Shown here one piece after another: positions 9,082 through 18,825 of a DNA stretch of 64,000 bases. The position numbers and the translations under genes are program-made. Below the pieces are notes generated by a model. That model had not been told where the DNA came from, searched no databases, and worked only from the letters and a program-made list of their open reading frames with translations. The DNA is from Candidatus Zhuqueibacterota bacterium (GTDB lineage: Bacteria; Zhuqueibacterota; Zhuqueibacteria; JANLFK01; Oleimicrobiaceae), in contig JANLFK010000002.1 of NCBI GenBank assembly GCA_024655945.1, positions 242,610-306,609 on the forward strand. Reading direction: 5' to 3'. Every line of letters begins with the position of its first letter. Position 1 is the first letter of the stretch.

Positions 9082-10281
9082 TTACGCCCTCGCGTATCCT
9101 TCCCAGCGCTGGCGCAACTGGGGGTCCCGCACAGTCTCGAGCAGGTAATCGGCAAACTCGTGGCCGGTGGCTCCCGTGTCTCGCCCTGTGATGACCAAGC
9201 GCTTCTCGAATTGCCCGCAGATATCCAGGGCCATCTCCAGGCGCTCGGCCTTGTCCGGGTAGCCGATGTGGCGCAGCAGCATTGCGCCGGCGCGGATCAT
9301 ACTGCAGGGGTCTGCGTACTTGCCCCTTCCCTCTTTGATCATGCGCGGCGCCGAGCCATGGATCGCCTCAAACATGGCGTAGCGCTTGCCGATGTTGGCG
9401 CTGCCGGCAGTGCCCACCCCGCCTTGGAACTCCGCCGCCTCATCGGTGAGGATGTCGCCGTAGAGGTTCTGAAGGACAATGACCCGGAACTGCGTGCGCC
9501 GCTTCGGGTCCACAAGCTTGGCAGTCATGATGTCGATGTACCAGCCTTCCCAGGAAATCTCGGGGTAATCTTTGGCGACTTCGCCGGCGACCTCCAAGAA
9601 CAGCCCGTCAGTGGTCTTCACCACATTCGCCTTGGTGACCACGGTAACGCTGTTGATTTTGTTCTTGTGCGCATAGTCGAACGCCATGCGAATGATGCGC
9701 TCGGCCCCCTGGCGTGTGGTCACGGTGAAATCGAAGGCCAGGTCTTCGGTCACCTGGATGCCCTTGCTCCCCAAGATGTAGGCGCCCTCGGTGTTCTCAC
9801 GGAAAAAGATCCAGTCGATTCCCTCCTTGGGCACCTTTACCGGACGGACATTGGCAAACAGGTCCAAGGCACGCCGCATGGCGACGTTGGCGCTCTCAAT
9901 GTTGGGGTAAGGTCCCCCCTTCTCCGGCGTGGTAGTGGGGCCCTTCAGGATTACGTGGCACTTCTTGATCTCCTCGAGCACATCATCAGGGATCGCCTTC
10001 ATGTGCTTCACGCGATTCTCGATGGTCAATCCCTCGATGGTTCGGAAGAGGACTTTGCCGGACTTGATTTCGTCGGCCAGCATCTCCTCCAGCACCCGCT
10101 GTGCCTCAGCCGAGATGATGGGTCCAATCCCGTCGCCGCCGCACACCCCGATGATGATGGGCTTGAGGATAGAGTAGTCGATCCAGTCCTGGGCCTGCTT
10201 CATCTGCTCCACGCGGGCCAGCTGCTCCTCGACAAGCTTGCCAAAATGAGCCTTTGCCCTTTCGATTGCTTCCTGGTTCAT
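9082..10281 (-). CDS. icd: NADP-dependent isocitrate dehydrogenase (isocitrate/isopropylmalate dehydrogenase family)
   Basis: Family motifs are present. Start chosen at MNQEAIERAKAHFGK, which has a GGAGG RBS 5 nt upstream. Confidence 0.88.
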   Translation of the reverse strand: MNQEAIERAKAHFGKLVEEQLARVEQMKQAQDWIDYSILKPIIIGVCGGDGIGPIISAEAQRVLEEMLADEIKSGKVLFRTIEGLTIENRVKHMKAIPDDVLEEIKKCHVILKGPTTTPEKGGPYPNIESANVAMRRALDLFANVRPVKVPKEGIDWIFFRENTEGAYILGSKGIQVTEDLAFDFTVTTRQGAERIIRMAFDYAHKNKINSVTVVTKANVVKTTDGLFLEVAGEVAKDYPEISWEGWYIDIMTAKLVDPKRRTQFRVIVLQNLYGDILTDEAAEFQGGVGTAGSANIGKRYAMFEAIHGSAPRMIKEGRGKYADPCSMIRAGAMLLRHIGYPDKAERLEMALDICGQFEKRLVITGRDTGATGHEFADYLLETVRDPQLRQRWEGYARA

Positions 10282-10329
10282 CTTTTCCTCCACTGCACGA
10301 CTTGGTCGCTGCTCCCTGCTTGCCAACGG

Positions 10330-12267
10330 CTATTGCTGCCCTCTCGTGTAGTTCAGCAAGCCGCCGGCAAGGATGATCGCCCGCTGTCGTTCGCTCAACT
10401 CGTAGACCAACTCCAGTTCCTCGCCTGTGGCTACTTTGCGCGCTATGAGCGGTTGCCCTTTCAGCAGCCGCATCTTTAACTCGGGCAGCTCGAGTTGGTC
10501 CCCCTGGGCAAGACGCTCATAGTCCTCTTCGACCTTGAAACGCAGCGGCAGGATGCCAAAGTTGATGAGGTTGGCCGTGTGAATGCGCTCCAAGCTCTTA
10601 GCAATCACCGCCTTGACGCCGAGGTACATGGGACAGAGCGCGGCATGTTCTCTGGACGAGCCCTGGCCGTAGCTCCAACCGCCCACCACGATGTTGAACA
10701 CCCCCCTTTCCTTGTTCTTCATACAGCGCTCCGGGAAGGTAGGGTCGATCGGCTCGAACACGAAGGTTGCATACTTGGGCACGTTGGAGCGGTACTTGAG
10801 GCGCGAGCCGGCAGGCATGATGTGGTCGGTGGTGATTTTGTCGCCCACCTTCAGTGCCACTTCCACGCGCAAGGCATCTGGCAAAGGCGTGTTGGTGGGC
10901 GGGTCACCGATGTTGGGGCCACGCAGAATCGTCACCTTTTCTGGGTGCTCCGCAGGCGGAAGAATCAAACTGTCATCAATGGTGAACCGCTCCGGCATGG
11001 GGATGGCCGGATAGGGCATCCCTAAGTCGCGGGGATCGGTGATCCCGCCGGTGAGTGCACAAGCGACGGCCGTCTCCGGGCTGACCAAGTAGACCTGTGC
11101 CGACTTTGTGCCGGAGCGGCCCTCAAAGTTGCGATTGTTGGTGCGGATGGAGACGGCATTGGTGGGAGGAGCCTGGCCGTTGCCGATGCAAAAGCCGCAT
11201 GTTGCTTCCATGATGCGCGCGCCCGCGGCAATGAGGTCGCTCAGCGCGCCGCTGGCGGCAATCATGCGCAGCACCTGCTTGGACCCCGGAGCAACAACAA
11301 AGCTGACCTCCGGATGCACAGTTCGCCCTTTCAACACCGCGGCCACGGTCAGCAGGTCCTTCACCGAGGAATTCGTGCAGCTACCGATGCACACCTGGTC
11401 AACCTTGGTACCCGCTATGTCCCGAACGCGGCACACATTGTCGGGGCTGTGCGGCTTGGCAATCATCGGCTCGATGGTGGAAAGGTCCAGTTCGATCACC
11501 CGGTCATACTCGGCGTCTGGGTCAGGAGCAAGCAGCACCCACACGTGCTCGCGCCCCTGTGCCTTCAGGAATCGCCTGGTTACCTCATCGCTGGGGAAAA
11601 GCGACGTGGTCACTCCCAGTTCGGCGCCCATGTTGGTGATGGTCGCCCGCTCTGGGACCGACAGCGTGGCGATGCCTGGCCCGCCGTATTCGATCATCCA
11701 GCCCACATTGCCCTTGGTCGTGAGCATCTCAAGCACCTTGAGGATGACGTCCTTGGCGGCGACCCACGGCTGCAGTTGACCGGTGAGCAGGATCTTCAGG
11801 ACCCTTGGATAGGTGAGGTAAAAGGCGCCACCACCCATGGCCACCGCCACGTCCAGTCCGCCCGCGCCGATGGCCATCATCCCCAGGCCGCCGCCCGTGG
11901 GGGTGTGGCTGTCTGAGCCGAGCAGCGTCTTGCCCGGCACGCCAAATCGTTCCAAGTGCACCTGGTGGCAGATGCCATTTCCCGCCTTGGAGAGATAGAT
12001 CCCGTACTTGGCAGCCACCGACTGCAGGTAGCGGTGATCGTCGGCGTTCTCGAATCCGTCCTGGAGCGTGTTGTGGTCGATGTAGCTCACCGACAGCTCG
12101 GTCTTGACGCGAGGAATCCCCATGGCTTCGAACTGAAGATAGGCCATGGTGCCGGTGGCATCCTGGGTGAGCGTCTGGTCGATGCGGATAGCCACCGGCT
12201 CGCCGGCCTTCATTTGGCCTTCCACCAGGTGAGCAGCAACAATCTTTTGAACAAGATTCTGTCCCAT
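10330..12267 (-). CDS. Aconitate hydratase (aconitase family, 645 aa)
   Basis: N-terminus MGQNLVQKIVAAHL... and aconitase-family Cys ligand regions (e.g. ...CIGSCTNSS...) are present. Confidence 0.9.
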   Translation of the reverse strand: MGQNLVQKIVAAHLVEGQMKAGEPVAIRIDQTLTQDATGTMAYLQFEAMGIPRVKTELSVSYIDHNTLQDGFENADDHRYLQSVAAKYGIYLSKAGNGICHQVHLERFGVPGKTLLGSDSHTPTGGGLGMMAIGAGGLDVAVAMGGGAFYLTYPRVLKILLTGQLQPWVAAKDVILKVLEMLTTKGNVGWMIEYGGPGIATLSVPERATITNMGAELGVTTSLFPSDEVTRRFLKAQGREHVWVLLAPDPDAEYDRVIELDLSTIEPMIAKPHSPDNVCRVRDIAGTKVDQVCIGSCTNSSVKDLLTVAAVLKGRTVHPEVSFVVAPGSKQVLRMIAASGALSDLIAAGARIMEATCGFCIGNGQAPPTNAVSIRTNNRNFEGRSGTKSAQVYLVSPETAVACALTGGITDPRDLGMPYPAIPMPERFTIDDSLILPPAEHPEKVTILRGPNIGDPPTNTPLPDALRVEVALKVGDKITTDHIMPAGSRLKYRSNVPKYATFVFEPIDPTFPERCMKNKERGVFNIVVGGWSYGQGSSREHAALCPMYLGVKAVIAKSLERIHTANLINFGILPLRFKVEEDYERLAQGDQLELPELKMRLLKGQPLIARKVATGEELELVYELSERQRAIILAGGLLNYTRGQQ

Positions 12268-12318
12268 GATGGCCCTTCACACTCCTTTTCTCGACGAGGA
12301 GACACCTCGACAGGCAAA

Positions 12319-12350
12319 GGGGCTGCCCTCAAGGGCACGAGGGCAGCCCC
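12319..12350 (-). other. Perfect 12-bp inverted repeat (GGGGCUGCCCUC / GAGGGCAGCCCC, 8-nt loop) between the citrate synthase stop and the aconitase start. Candidate intercistronic stem-loop or weak terminator/attenuator.
   Basis: Seen directly in the sequence. On the minus strand it is followed only by TTTG, so it is not a strong intrinsic terminator. Confidence 0.4.
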
Positions 12351-12361
12351 AGGCCGCAAGA

Positions 12362-13642
12362 CTACGCTGCGCCGACTTGCTTCTTGACCCAATCGGTTCC
12401 TACCGACTTCGGGCGCTCGATGGGTGCACCCATGGCGCGACCGACGATCAGTTGCGCGCACATGCCCAGAGCTCGCGAGACGCCGAACAGCACCGTGTAG
12501 TAGTCGAACTCCTTGAGGCCGAAGTAGTAGAGTAGCGCCCCTGAACCGGCGTCGACATTAGGCCAGGGGTTCTTGGCCTTGCCATGGGCCTGCAGCACCT
12601 CCGGCACCACCGCAAACAGCCGGTCGACGATCTGGAACACCTTGTCCTGCGCGCAGACGCGCTTGCCAAAGGCGTGGAAAGCGGTGAAGCGTGGGTCGGT
12701 GGCCCGCAGCACCGCATGTCCATAGCCAGGAATGACCTTGCCTGAATTCAGGGTGTCCCAGGCGAACTTTTTCAGCTCCTCATCGCTGGGCACGCCTTTG
12801 TACTTCTCCAGGATCTCCAACACGAATTTCAGGCATTCCTGATTGGCGAGCCCGTGCAGAGGGCCGGCCAACCCGTTCAGTCCCGCAGAAACCGCATAGT
12901 AGGCATCCGAAAGAGCCGAGCCCACCAGGTGGCAGGTGTGAGCGCTCACGTTGCCGCTCTCGTGGTCGCTGTGCAGCACCAGGTACAGGCGCATCAAGTT
13001 GGCGAACTCCCCGGTGGGGTCATCGAACCCCAGCATGCGCACATAGTTCGCACTCCAATCCAGCTCTGGGTCGCCCTTGATAAGCTTGCCATCCTTGAAA
13101 CGGATGCGGTACACACCCGCCGCCACCGCCGGCAGCCGTGCCAAGAGATTGAGCGAGTCCTCCAGCATCGGCTCCCAGTACTCGGTCTTGGTCATGCCCT
13201 CGTCGTAGCGCTTGCGGAACAGCGATTCGCGCTCCATCACCAGGATGGCCGTGTCGAACATGGCCATGGGGTGCGAATCCTTGGGCATCGCGCGCAGCAC
13301 AGCCCACACATACTCCGGGACCTTCGCGCGCTTGGTGAACTCATTGCGCAGGTCCTCCAGAGCGGCCTTGTCGGGCAGCTCTCCGGTGCACAGCAGATAA
13401 AACACCTCCTCGGGCGTCTCGTCGGTGAGCTGGGCGATGGGTATGCCTCTGATAATGAGCCCCTTCTCTGGATCCACCAAAGAAGTGTCGCAGATCAGAG
13501 ACTTGACACCGCGCATGCCGCCGTAGGCCTGGGCCACGGTGACTTCGGAGATGACCTTGTCACCGTGGGTTTTGACCAGGTTGGCAATGTCTTCTCGCAA
13601 ACGCGGGATCTGCTCAGCCAGTTTCTGCTTCAAGGTTGCCAT
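12362..13642 (-). CDS. Citrate synthase (eukaryotic-like ~430-aa type)
   Basis: MATLKQKLAEQIPRLRED... and the overall citrate synthase signature. A strong RBS AAAGGAGGGTG lies upstream. Confidence 0.92.
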   Translation of the reverse strand: MATLKQKLAEQIPRLREDIANLVKTHGDKVISEVTVAQAYGGMRGVKSLICDTSLVDPEKGLIIRGIPIAQLTDETPEEVFYLLCTGELPDKAALEDLRNEFTKRAKVPEYVWAVLRAMPKDSHPMAMFDTAILVMERESLFRKRYDEGMTKTEYWEPMLEDSLNLLARLPAVAAGVYRIRFKDGKLIKGDPELDWSANYVRMLGFDDPTGEFANLMRLYLVLHSDHESGNVSAHTCHLVGSALSDAYYAVSAGLNGLAGPLHGLANQECLKFVLEILEKYKGVPSDEELKKFAWDTLNSGKVIPGYGHAVLRATDPRFTAFHAFGKRVCAQDKVFQIVDRLFAVVPEVLQAHGKAKNPWPNVDAGSGALLYYFGLKEFDYYTVLFGVSRALGMCAQLIVGRAMGAPIERPKSVGTDWVKKQVGAA

Positions 13643-13837
13643 GCGCCACCCTCCTTTTGGTGCGAAGCCCTACTGACCTAAATATCCCTTAGAAACCGAC
13701 TTTGATGTTCGCTCCACCGACTGCTCGCAACGAGCGTGCTTGCTTCCGAACTGCTTCCCTGCCGCCGGTGCTCTGGGCAAGACAGCATCTCTCCGGCAAC
13801 GGGCATAGCGCATCCTGCCGGCGCCGCTCAGCCAGCA

Positions 13838-14263
13838 TCAACGTGCACCCGAGGCGCGGAAGGGGCTCGGCCCAAGTCTTCTCACGGTGTCCACAAAGTT
13901 GTTGACCATCTGCTGGAACTTGGGCGCCTCGGTGGCCAGGATCCACTCTAATCGGAGCCTTCGCGGGTCAACGCCGAACTGCCGCAGCATGCTGCGCAAA
14001 AGGGCAAACCGCCGCATCGTGCGGAAGTTGCCGCCGACGTAGTGACAATCGCCTGGATGACAACCGGCGATCATCACGCCGTCGGCGCCACGGCGCAGCG
14101 CTTCGATGACAAACTCTGGCTCCACGCGCGAGGTGCACTCCATGCGCACCACGGCAAAGTTCGGCTGCATGGGCAGCCGCGCCACGCCTGCCAGGTCCGC
14201 AGCCGCATCGGCACACCAGTCACAACAAAGCACCAAAACTTTAGGTTCGAACGCCGCAGTCAC
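13838..14263 (-). CDS. mvhD: MvhD-like (methyl-viologen-reducing hydrogenase delta subunit family) [2Fe-2S] protein
   Basis: N-terminus ...PKVLVLCCDWCADAAADLAG... and the ...AGCHPGDCHY... Cys motif typical of MvhD. Confidence 0.85.
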   Translation of the reverse strand: MTAAFEPKVLVLCCDWCADAAADLAGVARLPMQPNFAVVRMECTSRVEPEFVIEALRRGADGVMIAGCHPGDCHYVGGNFRTMRRFALLRSMLRQFGVDPRRLRLEWILATEAPKFQQMVNNFVDTVRRLGPSPFRASGAR

Positions 14264-14292
14264 GCCTCTCTCCTTGCCTCAGATTCCGTCTC

Positions 14293-17200
14293 TCAGCTCA
14301 GCGCCGCGCCGATCACCGCCATGAGCTGGTCGCGGGTCCTGCCCTGCTGTCGCATGGCGCCACTGGCACAGGCCGCCACACAGCAGCCGCAGCCAGTGCA
14401 CATGGCCTGGATGACCTCGGCGCGCTCCTTGTAACGCCCGTTCTCGCGCACGCGGTTGATGCGAATGGCATCGAACTCGCAGGCGCCTTCACAGATTCGG
14501 CAACCCGTGCAGAGCTCTTCGTCAGGGTGAGCGTACACCCCTTGCCAGGACAGTTCACCGCGTGTCAGCAGTGCCGTGACCCGCGCCGCAAGGGCATGGG
14601 CATGGGTCACCGACTCGCGCAACGAGCGTGGCGAGTGCGCCAGGCCGCCGACAAACACGCCTGCGCGGGCAAGGTCAAGCGGCCGGAACTTGCTGTTGAC
14701 TTCGGCAAAAAACCCATCTTCATCCAATGGCACGCGCAATACCTTGCTCAGTCTGCCGTTCTTGGCCGCGACCACACCGGTGGAAAGAACCACCAAGTCT
14801 GCGGTGAACAGGAGCATCTCGTCGATGATCTTGTCCAGCACAAGCACTTCCAGTTTGCCATTCCGCTGTCTGACCACCGGCTTCTGGGCTAAGTCGTAGC
14901 GGAGAAAGATTACCCCGGCCTCCCTGGCCTTGGTGTAGTATTCCTCGCTGAAGCCGTAGGTCATAATGTCCCGATTGAGCACGTAGACCGCCAGGTCTGG
15001 GTTGGCCGTCTTGAGGGCAAGGGCATTCCGGATGGCCTGCGAACAGCAGATGCGGCTACAGTAGGGCCGCCGCTCATCGCGGGAGCCCACACACTGAATC
15101 ATGACCACGCACTTGAGCCGCGAGGGGTTCAGTTTGCCCTTGGCGAGCCGTTGCTCCAGCTGGGTCTGGGTGAGCACCCGGCGGTTTTTCCCATACAGGT
15201 ACTCCTTGGGTTGGTACTCGACGGCACCTGTGGCCACCACCACCACCCCATGCTGCAGCTGGCGCTTCGCCCCGGAGGCCCGCCGCACCGTCGTGCGGAA
15301 GTTGCCCACGAACCCATCAAGACGTGTGACCTCCGAGCGGAGATGGACGGTGATGCGCGGATTGGCTCTGACCTTCTCGATAGTCTTCCGCACAAAATCG
15401 GCGACGTCCAGTCCCTCCAGGGTGCGGTCGAAGAGCAGCGCGTTGCCCCCGAGCTCTCCGCTTTTCTCCACCAAGTGGACGGCGAAGCCCTGGGCGGCGA
15501 TGTCCAGGGCGGCAACCATGCCGGTCACCCCGCCGCCGATGACCAGCGCCCGGGGCGTGACCTTGAGCACGCCCGGCGGTGCGGCAGTCGTGCTGCGCAG
15601 GCGCATGGCCGCTGCGTGGAGCAGGAACCTTGCCTTCTCGAGTGCCATTCCGCGGTCGGCGTGAATCCAGCCCACCTGCTCCCGCAACGGAACTACCTCC
15701 AACATGCGGCGATCAACTCCTGCCTCCGCCAACATCTGGGCGAAACGGTCTTCGTACAGGTGAGGTGAGCAGGCGCCAAACAGCACCCGGTTCAGCCCCT
15801 GCGCTCGGATGGCCTCTTTGACCCCCGCCAGGGTCGACTGGAAGCAGAGCAGGTCCACCACCGCTACATGCGCAACTCCGGGGAGGTTCCTTGCCGCACT
15901 GGCCAAGGCCTGCAGGTCGAGAACCTCCCCGACCTCTCCCTGGCACCTGCAGAGAAAGACTCCAATGCGCGCTTCTGCGCCTCGATGCTCTGCGGGGCTC
16001 AACGCCTGGTGTGCGCCGCCATGGTCACGCCGGCCAGGCTTGACCACGAGGGCTGCTTGTGCGGCAGCGGCAAGGCCCTGCGCCACGCTCTCGGGAATAT
16101 CGCGGGGCGCAGTCAGCGCGCCACAGGCAAAGACCCCGGCCCTTCCGGTGCTCACCGCAGAGAAGCCCGGGTACGAGACAAAGCCGTGCCGGTTCACCTT
16201 TGCCCCTATGGCCGAGGCAAGCGCGGCGCTCTGCTCGGCAGGGCCCAATCCCACCGAAAGAACCACCAGTTCGAACTCGCGCCGCTGGAATGAGCTGTCC
16301 TCGGCCTCGTACACCACGACCAGATTCTTGCTCGCCGGGTGTTCCTCCACCGCGGACACGCGGCAGCGCGTGAACGCCACTCCCAGTTCCTGTTGGGCCT
16401 TCTGATACACGCGGTGATACCCCTTGCCGAAGGCACGCACGTCCATGTAGAAGATCTGCGACTGTATTCCTGCCGCCTTGAGGTGCGCTGCCTCCTTGAT
16501 GGCAAACATGCAGCACGCCGACGAGCAGTAGTCGTGCTCGGCGTCCCGGGAGCCCACGCACTGGAGAAAAGCCACCGAAGCCGGAACTTTGCCGTCGGAG
16601 GGACGGCGCACGGCCCCTTGCGTCGGCCCGCCCTCGCTGGTGAGCCGCTCCAGCTCGGTGCTGGTCACCACGTTAGCAAATCGGCCATAGCCAAACTGAC
16701 TCAGCGAGGAGGGGTCAAATTCTTTGAACCCAAGGGCAGCCACAATCGCCCCGACGTGGAGGTACTGGGTGGTCGGTCCGGCATCCAGGGAGATGGCGCC
16801 GGTGGGGCAAATGCGCACGCATTCACCGCAGCGCGTGCAAGCGGCCGCGTCGATGGTGTACAGGCGCGGAATACCCAAGCCGTGGCGCACGTACACCGCC
16901 TTGCGCACGCTCAGCCCCTGGTTGAACTCGTCCTGGACCTCCACTGGACATACCGGAATGCAGCGGCCACACGTGATGCACTTTTCCGGGTCCACAAACT
17001 GCGGGCTCGTCACCATGGTGGCCACGAAGGCGCCAGGCTTGCCTTCCAGCGCGGTGAGCTGGCTATCAAAGACCACCTTGACGTTCGGGTAGAGGAGCCC
17101 ACGCCGCAAGCAGAAGCCGGACACCCCTTCACCGGGCACGGCCGGCAATAGCTTGCACAAGCCGCAATCGTCGGTAGGGAACAGCCTGTCGAGCTGCAGC

Positions 17201-17340
17201 ACCTTGCCGCCTAGCATCGACGACTGGTCCACCAGGTAGACGGGCACCCCCATGTCCGCCAGTTCGATGGCGGCGCGAATCCCGGCAACGCCTGCTCCCA
17301 CCACCAGGACTGCTTGAGTCTTCTCGCTTCGCTCCGCCAC
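14293..17340 (-). CDS. hdrA: HdrA-family flavin/Fe-S protein (heterodisulfide reductase subunit A-like). Unusually large at 1015 aa, with two HdrA-like FAD modules and an internal MvhD-like segment.
   Basis: Two dinucleotide-binding GxGxxG motifs (VVGAGVAGIRAA, VIGGGVTGMVAAL). Several CxxCxxCxxxCP ferredoxin motifs. An internal ...RIGVFLCRCQGEVG... MvhD-like region. Confidence 0.9.
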   Translation of the reverse strand: MAERSEKTQAVLVVGAGVAGIRAAIELADMGVPVYLVDQSSMLGGKVLQLDRLFPTDDCGLCKLLPAVPGEGVSGFCLRRGLLYPNVKVVFDSQLTALEGKPGAFVATMVTSPQFVDPEKCITCGRCIPVCPVEVQDEFNQGLSVRKAVYVRHGLGIPRLYTIDAAACTRCGECVRICPTGAISLDAGPTTQYLHVGAIVAALGFKEFDPSSLSQFGYGRFANVVTSTELERLTSEGGPTQGAVRRPSDGKVPASVAFLQCVGSRDAEHDYCSSACCMFAIKEAAHLKAAGIQSQIFYMDVRAFGKGYHRVYQKAQQELGVAFTRCRVSAVEEHPASKNLVVVYEAEDSSFQRREFELVVLSVGLGPAEQSAALASAIGAKVNRHGFVSYPGFSAVSTGRAGVFACGALTAPRDIPESVAQGLAAAAQAALVVKPGRRDHGGAHQALSPAEHRGAEARIGVFLCRCQGEVGEVLDLQALASAARNLPGVAHVAVVDLLCFQSTLAGVKEAIRAQGLNRVLFGACSPHLYEDRFAQMLAEAGVDRRMLEVVPLREQVGWIHADRGMALEKARFLLHAAAMRLRSTTAAPPGVLKVTPRALVIGGGVTGMVAALDIAAQGFAVHLVEKSGELGGNALLFDRTLEGLDVADFVRKTIEKVRANPRITVHLRSEVTRLDGFVGNFRTTVRRASGAKRQLQHGVVVVATGAVEYQPKEYLYGKNRRVLTQTQLEQRLAKGKLNPSRLKCVVMIQCVGSRDERRPYCSRICCSQAIRNALALKTANPDLAVYVLNRDIMTYGFSEEYYTKAREAGVIFLRYDLAQKPVVRQRNGKLEVLVLDKIIDEMLLFTADLVVLSTGVVAAKNGRLSKVLRVPLDEDGFFAEVNSKFRPLDLARAGVFVGGLAHSPRSLRESVTHAHALAARVTALLTRGELSWQGVYAHPDEELCTGCRICEGACEFDAIRINRVRENGRYKERAEVIQAMCTGCGCCVAACASGAMRQQGRTRDQLMAVIGAALS

Positions 17341-17377
17341 GTGCGTCGTCCCTCGCGCTTCTGTTGGTGGATATCCC

Positions 17378-18265
17378 TTAGGCGGCAGCCGCCGGTGACA
17401 CCTTGGCCAAAACCGCGTCTGGCCGCACCTTGTTCAGGCGGACCCCAAGGTCCTTCGGGTCGTACCCCATGGCAAGTCCCAAGACCTGGGGATAGAAAAA
17501 GACCGGAAGGGCGATTTCACGCTGGAACTGCTCTTCCACCTTCTTCTGGTTGTCCTCGTAGAGCACGCTGCAGAACGGGCAGATGGAGATGAGCGCGTCG
17601 GCCCCGGCAGCCCGCACATCACTCAACTTCAGGCCCGACAGTCCAAGCGCCGTCGTCTGCTCCACACCTAAGATGGCGCCACCGCAGCAGTACTTCTTGG
17701 TCTCGTAGCGGATAACTTCGGCCCCGGTGACAGCCACCAGCTCGTCCAAAGAGCGCGCCGCCTCGGGGTCGTCGAAAGCGTCATAGTTCCCTTTTGGGCG
17801 CACGAAGTGGCAACCATAATGCGGAGCCAGTTTCAGCGTCGTCAGGGGTCTGGTCACGTGCCGACGCAAATTGTCGATGCCATAGTCTTCGTACAGAATT
17901 CGCGCAAAGTGTTTCACTTTGACCGTGCCCCGGTACTGGCGATTGATCTTGCGCAGCTGGCGGTTCACCTGTCGCAACAGTTCAGGGTGCTGCTGCAGCT
18001 CGAGATTGGTCTCGGTGAGCACCGCCGAACATGCGCTGCACAGGCAGCAGACGTCCAGCCCTTGCTCCTCGGCCACCGCCAAGTTGCGCGCCGCCATGAG
18101 CAGAGTGGTCTGCGCATTGGTGGACTTGACAGGAAAGCCGCAACAGGAGAAATCCTCCACGTCCACCAACTCGATCCCCAGCCCGCTGGCAACCGCCCGC
18201 ACGGCCACTTCATAGTTCTGGCTGCGGATCGGCACCGTGCAGCCGAGAAAGAGGGCGTACTTCAT
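17378..18265 (-). CDS. hdrB: HdrB-family protein (two CCG domains)
   Basis: MKYALFLGCTVP... N-terminus and CCG motifs (...FSCCGFP...). Confidence 0.88.
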   Translation of the reverse strand: MKYALFLGCTVPIRSQNYEVAVRAVASGLGIELVDVEDFSCCGFPVKSTNAQTTLLMAARNLAVAEEQGLDVCCLCSACSAVLTETNLELQQHPELLRQVNRQLRKINRQYRGTVKVKHFARILYEDYGIDNLRRHVTRPLTTLKLAPHYGCHFVRPKGNYDAFDDPEAARSLDELVAVTGAEVIRYETKKYCCGGAILGVEQTTALGLSGLKLSDVRAAGADALISICPFCSVLYEDNQKKVEEQFQREIALPVFFYPQVLGLAMGYDPKDLGVRLNKVRPDAVLAKVSPAAAA

Positions 18266-18825
18266 GGCTGATTGGCCTCCGCCGCTTCGGTGTACTTGCC
18301 CATCCCGGTCATGCGAAAGATCTCCTGCACCTCGGGGAATGTCTTCCTGACCGGGGGAAGGCCTAAGCGCTGGCGCTTCTTGTTGTCAAAATCCTCCACC
18401 TCATAGAGGCGGCCAAACCTGCCCACTAACTCCGCCTGCTGGCGGAAAGTGGGGTGCAAATAGCCCTCGCGCGCAGCGATGTTCTTCACGGCAGTCATGA
18501 TATCGGTCACGCGCACCCCTTGCGGACAACGGTCGGCGCAGGTGTAGCAGCCAGAGCAAAGCCAGATGAAGTCACTGCTCAGCACCCGCTCCCTCATGCC
18601 CAGCAAGATCATATGCACCAGCTGCCGGGGATTGTAGCGCGCGTCCACGGCGTGCACGGGACAGGCGGCTGTGCACGTGCCGCAGGCAAAACAGCGCGCA
18701 CTGAGCTCGCCCCCTGGCTCCTTAGCAACCTCTCGCCAGAAGCTGGGGGTCAACTCCTCGAATCTGGTCATCGGCTTGCTGCCCTTCACGTTCGCCACGG
18801 TCAAGCTCCTCATCGCCTGCGTCAT
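18262..18825 (-). CDS. hdrC: HdrC-family 2x[4Fe-4S] protein
   Basis: Motifs CFACGTCTAACP and CSGCYTCADRCP. 4-nt overlap with hdrB. The start may be the internal Met at about 18771. Confidence 0.82.
   Translation of the reverse strand: MTQAMRSLTVANVKGSKPMTRFEELTPSFWREVAKEPGGELSARCFACGTCTAACPVHAVDARYNPRQLVHMILLGMRERVLSSDFIWLCSGCYTCADRCPQGVRVTDIMTAVKNIAAREGYLHPTFRQQAELVGRFGRLYEVEDFDNKKRQRLGLPPVRKTFPEVQEIFRMTGMGKYTEAAEANQP

Noticed and set aside
9160-10479. 439-aa plus-strand ORF
   Set aside because: Antisense to isocitrate dehydrogenase. No motifs. High-GC artefact.
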